A DNA stretch of 20,000 nucleotides from positions 55,274 to 75,273 of the IMG/VR virus record IMGVR_UViG_3300000227_000004. The stretch is one strand, 5' to 3'. How positions within the stretch are numbered: position 1 is the first letter of the stretch; every line of letters begins with the position of its first letter. Positions 17,108 to 20,000 of the stretch are shown here, one piece after another. The DNA is from an uncultured virus (IMG/VR IMGVR_UViG_3300000227_000004). Taxonomy: Duplodnaviria; Heunggongvirae; Uroviricota; Caudoviricetes. Both the position numbers and the translations under genes were made by a program. Under the pieces are notes generated by a model, which saw nothing but the letters and a program-made list of their open reading frames with translations, searched no databases and had not been told where the DNA came from.

Positions 17108-17700
17108 TTTTTTATCTCCTGTAAGTTTTTATCTTCAAATTCTGGTCGATATTGTCCAATAATTACATCTGTGATAGTTGCATGGCCGTCCTTGGCTAAC
17201 GAGAGTTGCTTTACCACTAACCCATCAGAGTTACGTAGTCTGCCCCACAGAATTGCGTCTATTTCCTTAAGTCTGCACTTGTCCTCACCCCCCTCTTCAG
17301 AGAAATCGGCCCCCGTATACCAAATGATCTTAACATAGGGGCATAGAAGCTTAATTTTATGCACTAACGCTAGCCAATCTTCTAACTGAAAGAAAAAATC
17401 CCCCCCAGAACCCACAACAGTCAGGTCATGGCAGGAGACTTTTTTTAAAAATTCAGATTTAGCTTTTATTATCTCTATGATTGCCTCTTCATGCAAACCA
17501 GTGTTATCATCATTTAATTCAAAGCATTGTAGCGATTTATTATGACAGCCGGGACAGGCCCACTTGCATCCTACTGCATAAAGAACTAGGGAGGGGTTTT
17601 CGAAAACTATGTCATCACTGAACGAGCACGATACGGTTGCTACTCTTAGCATAGGGCTGCTCCTGAAAGATCTCTTATGTTTGTCGGGAATAGAAAGCAT
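17101..17700 (-). CDS. nrdG: Class III RNR activase, radical SAM (start may be ATG 17652)
   Basis: GCKWACPGCHN (CxxxCxxC), SGGD, IWYTG; overlaps the nrdD start. Confidence 0.9.
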   Translation of the reverse strand: MLSIPDKHKRSFRSSPMLRVATVSCSFSDDIVFENPSLVLYAVGCKWACPGCHNKSLQCFELNDDNTGLHEEAIIEIIKAKSEFLKKVSCHDLTVVGSGGDFFFQLEDWLALVHKIKLLCPYVKIIWYTGADFSEEGGEDKCRLKEIDAILWGRLRNSDGLVVKQLSLAKDGHATITDVIIGQYRPEFEDKNLQEIKKC

Positions 17701-18736
17701 TTACAGTATTCGATGCGGGAGCAACGAATACCGCTACTTTGTTAATGAGTGCACAAAGAGAGTCGGTCATGGTTGTGGTATTTTAATCTGGGATGAGATA
17801 TTGCCAGATCTCCAGAAATTGCAAAAGCATTATACAGCATTCCAATTTTTTTATAAAGGCAAACAAAAAGCGAATATCTCCATTTCAATAGAGTATAATA
17901 ACAACGAAACGCTGTATCAAAGGCTAGTCTCTGGACTCGTTAACAGTAAAAAAATTATTTTCATAAATTTTCCAAAAAATATCTTAAATTTAGCAGTAGA
18001 TAAATTAACTGCCAGTATTGCACTTGGCAAAAACTGGGCGGACATTACCACTACGGCCGGCAACAAAGTACAAGATGTCGTTATGGGAAATACCCTCCAA
18101 GATATAAAAAATATAGTTTTACACATAAAAAACGAAAGTACATGCGAACTGCGTTCTGAGTATAAATTCTGCAATTCATGCGAGGTGTGCGCCCTTGACA
18201 TTTCCATGCAGAGTACTGGTGTTGCGGCGCTGTGCGAAATCGATGGTCAATCCTCAATCTTACTTGGTAAAATAAAATCATCAGCCGATTTGGATGACAT
18301 TTCCAGAGGGTGGAGAGCTGCTGAGGAGCTTCGGAGGGTGACCATGTTAAGCATTTCTACTGGGGAGAAATTTATAGTAGATGTGACAAGAGCCGCATCC
18401 TTGGTTGTAGAGGGGGGAGCCTTGGGTGCGATTCAGGGCGCATATAGAATAGGAAGATTCTCAGGAGCTGTGCTGAGTGCTTTCTCAAATAAGACAGTTC
18501 CTATGGAAGTAAGCCCTACCAGACTAAAACTGGTAACTACTGGAAAGGGCAGAGCAGAGAAGTTCCAAATGATTGCGGCAGCCAGAGCACATTATAACAT
18601 TCCAGATAGTATTTCAATTTCTGACGATGAGGCGGATGCACTCTCGTTACTCAGGTACAAGATAAGTCAGCCGGAACTGGATAGGGGCTTCCCCATAAAA
18701 TCTAAAAAAACCAAAAGGAGAAAAAAATGTCAATAA
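17609..18736 (+). CDS. ruvC: RuvC-like Holliday junction resolvase with an uncharacterised N-terminal extension; true start probably downstream of 17609
   Basis: C-terminal half has ALDISMQSTGVA, LVVEG, PTRLKLVTTGKGRAEK and DDEADAL. The annotated start overlaps nrdG head-to-head. Confidence 0.8.
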   Translation: MSSLNEHDTVATLSIGLLLKDLLCLSGIESIYSIRCGSNEYRYFVNECTKRVGHGCGILIWDEILPDLQKLQKHYTAFQFFYKGKQKANISISIEYNNNETLYQRLVSGLVNSKKIIFINFPKNILNLAVDKLTASIALGKNWADITTTAGNKVQDVVMGNTLQDIKNIVLHIKNESTCELRSEYKFCNSCEVCALDISMQSTGVAALCEIDGQSSILLGKIKSSADLDDISRGWRAAEELRRVTMLSISTGEKFIVDVTRAASLVVEGGALGAIQGAYRIGRFSGAVLSAFSNKTVPMEVSPTRLKLVTTGKGRAEKFQMIAAARAHYNIPDSISISDDEADALSLLRYKISQPELDRGFPIKSKKTKRRKKCQ

Positions 18737-19368
18737 AAATAAAATTTTGTTATCCACACATAAAACTTCTTGCTTTTAACACCGACGCTGTGTTACCCGC
18801 CATAAATACTTGTTATGATCTGAGTGACTGTGACGAAAGCCGCATACCTCGCGTCATTTCTAGCTCTGGACACTTGTCTGTACTTAGACATGGATTTGCC
18901 AGCGTCAAGATTATGGGAATTAGCCGGGCTACTGGGCGACAGATACTTAGGAAAGGCCATGCTGACTACCTAGAGAAGTCTCAAAGGTATGTAGATGTTA
19001 GAAACGCTGCTTTTTCGATACCTAAAAAAATAGTCTCCAACCCAGAATACATTAAAAAATACACCCAAGCTCTGCGTAAGTCTTTAGAGACATACGCATG
19101 GCTCAGGAATAACGGCGTCACCAAAGAAGATGCAAGAGATGTTTTGCCCCAGTCGATAGAGACGACAATAACTATGTCTGGAAATCTTCAAATGTGGTGG
19201 GATTTTTTTAATCTTAGAATTGACGGTAAAGTACAGGAGCAGTGTAGAATAGTTGCAGTGTTGATATTAAACGCCTTTTGTGGCAAAAGCGATATTTTCA
19301 AGATTCACCCCAAGATAAACGACAATCATTATCTAAGGCATATTTCTGAGATCGATGCCCTTTGCTAA
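18727..19368 (+). CDS. thyX: Flavin-dependent thymidylate synthase-like protein with an altered signature motif
   Basis: GHLSVLRH, ISRATGRQILR...SQRY, KEDARDVLP, GNLQMWWDFFNLR...Q.Q.R. AAGGAG RBS. Confidence 0.88.
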   Translation: MSIKIKFCYPHIKLLAFNTDAVLPAINTCYDLSDCDESRIPRVISSSGHLSVLRHGFASVKIMGISRATGRQILRKGHADYLEKSQRYVDVRNAAFSIPKKIVSNPEYIKKYTQALRKSLETYAWLRNNGVTKEDARDVLPQSIETTITMSGNLQMWWDFFNLRIDGKVQEQCRIVAVLILNAFCGKSDIFKIHPKINDNHYLRHISEIDALC

Positions 19369-19749
19369 TAAGTTGTTTAAGCACTCGTTTAGATATGCCT
19401 CGTCGTGCTCTGGGTATATATGCACTGGTGGGCAGGATTTAGGAAGAGACAGAGGCCCTCCCGGCGTCGAAGGCATGGCCTTCCTTCTGTATTCTGGGAA
19501 AAACCATTTGTAATCTGGAGTAAATTCTCTACGTATCATCTCCCAAAGTATTTGCGTGTGATACATATATAGCATCTCGGGTGGGTGAGTGGAAACGTAA
19601 CTGAGCGCACGATAATATTCCGCTAGAGTGATGGGTGGTGGGCATACGTTTCTAAGACACTTCCTACAAACGCCATGAGAGATTAGCCTCTCTCCGGTGT
19701 TGTCATCGACATACGTTATTATTTCTAGGTCATCACAACTACATTTCAT
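19333..19749 (-). CDS. Hypothetical protein with N-terminal Cys cluster (138 aa)
   Basis: Start reassigned to ATG 19749 (ATGA overlap with the upstream stop). MKCSC...CRKC suggests a Zn ribbon. Converges on and overlaps thyX. Confidence 0.6.
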   Translation of the reverse strand: MKCSCDDLEIITYVDDNTGERLISHGVCRKCLRNVCPPPITLAEYYRALSYVSTHPPEMLYMYHTQILWEMIRREFTPDYKWFFPEYRRKAMPSTPGGPLSLPKSCPPVHIYPEHDEAYLNECLNNLLAKGIDLRNMP

Positions 19750-20000
19750 ATTTTCAACCCTTCTGCCGCTTCGAGCGCGGCGAAGACTGCTTCTGTAAGC
19801 ATATCCCTGCAAATCTCTGCCGTGTGCTCGCTGTTTTTTGTATATGCATCGGCGGCATAGTCGACGTCACGAGCAGCAGCGGCGGTATGGGCACAGGCAG
19901 CAGCGGCGGTATGGGCACAGGCAGCAGCGGCGGCATAGGTGGCGGCACAGGAAACAGCGGCGGCATAGGTGGCGGCGGTAGCAGCGGCAGCATAGGCAGC
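19746..20000 (-). CDS. C-terminal part of an Ala-rich repeat phage protein (continues past the right window edge)
   Basis: Manual translation AAYAAAATAATYAAAVSCAATYAAAAACAHTAAAACAHTAAAARDVDYAADAYTKNSEHTAEICRDMLTEAVFAALEAAEGLKI*. The stop overlaps the next ATG. GCN codon periodicity supports this frame over the Pro-rich one. Confidence 0.75.
   Translation of the reverse strand, partial: AAYAAAATAATYAAAVSCAATYAAAAACAHTAAAACAHTAAAARDVDYAADAYTKNSEHTAEICRDMLTEAVFAALEAAEGLKI
19873..19980. repeat. Intragenic tandem repeats (2 x 24 bp exact, then 2 x 30 bp imperfect)
   Basis: GCAGCAGCGGCGGTATGGGCACAG at 19873-19896 and 19897-19920; related 30-bp units at 19921-19950 and 19951-19980. Confidence 0.9.

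Noticed and set aside
1290..18281. Remaining small ORFs antisense or out of frame within large genes (e.g. 1290-1778, 2082-2414, 10611-11045, 11238-11618, 16359-16604, 17917-18207)
   Set aside because: Nested in well-supported CDSs with no motifs or RBS support.
19699..19710. 12-nt match GTTGTCATCGAC to the reverse complement of repeat copy 1
   Set aside because: Short, inside a coding region, and the flanks diverge; plausible by chance.
19754..19993. 79-aa Pro-rich ORF
   Set aside because: Alternative frame of GCN repeats; the Ala-rich frame fits codon periodicity and couples to the next gene by ATGA.

Overview
This window looks like the DNA replication and nucleotide metabolism region of a large bacteriophage, probably of an anaerobic host. 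Support comes from the class III RNR, bacterial Shine-Dalgarno sites, tightly overlapping genes and the absence of cellular housekeeping genes. A minus-strand gene run encodes, right to left: NrdG/NrdD, a Cas4/RecB-like PD-(D/E)XK nuclease, an SSB-like protein, an AEP primase-FeS-MCM helicase fusion, a 226-aa unknown, an 840-aa retron-like reverse transcriptase with a ~400-aa insertion, a family A DNA polymerase, an SF2 helicase, an XRE-HTH protein, a possible CARF-fold protein and a truncated unknown ORF. RuvC-like and ThyX-like genes lie on the plus strand. The only large non-coding gap (14687-15349) holds an array of three ~200-nt units. Each unit is a long hairpin of unique sequence followed directly by a conserved 29-39-nt repeat. 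The best candidate for a new system is this phage-encoded RT, its upstream partner ORF and the structured repeat array. The link between RT and array is inferred: they are ~5.7 kb apart and no direct connection is visible in the sequence.
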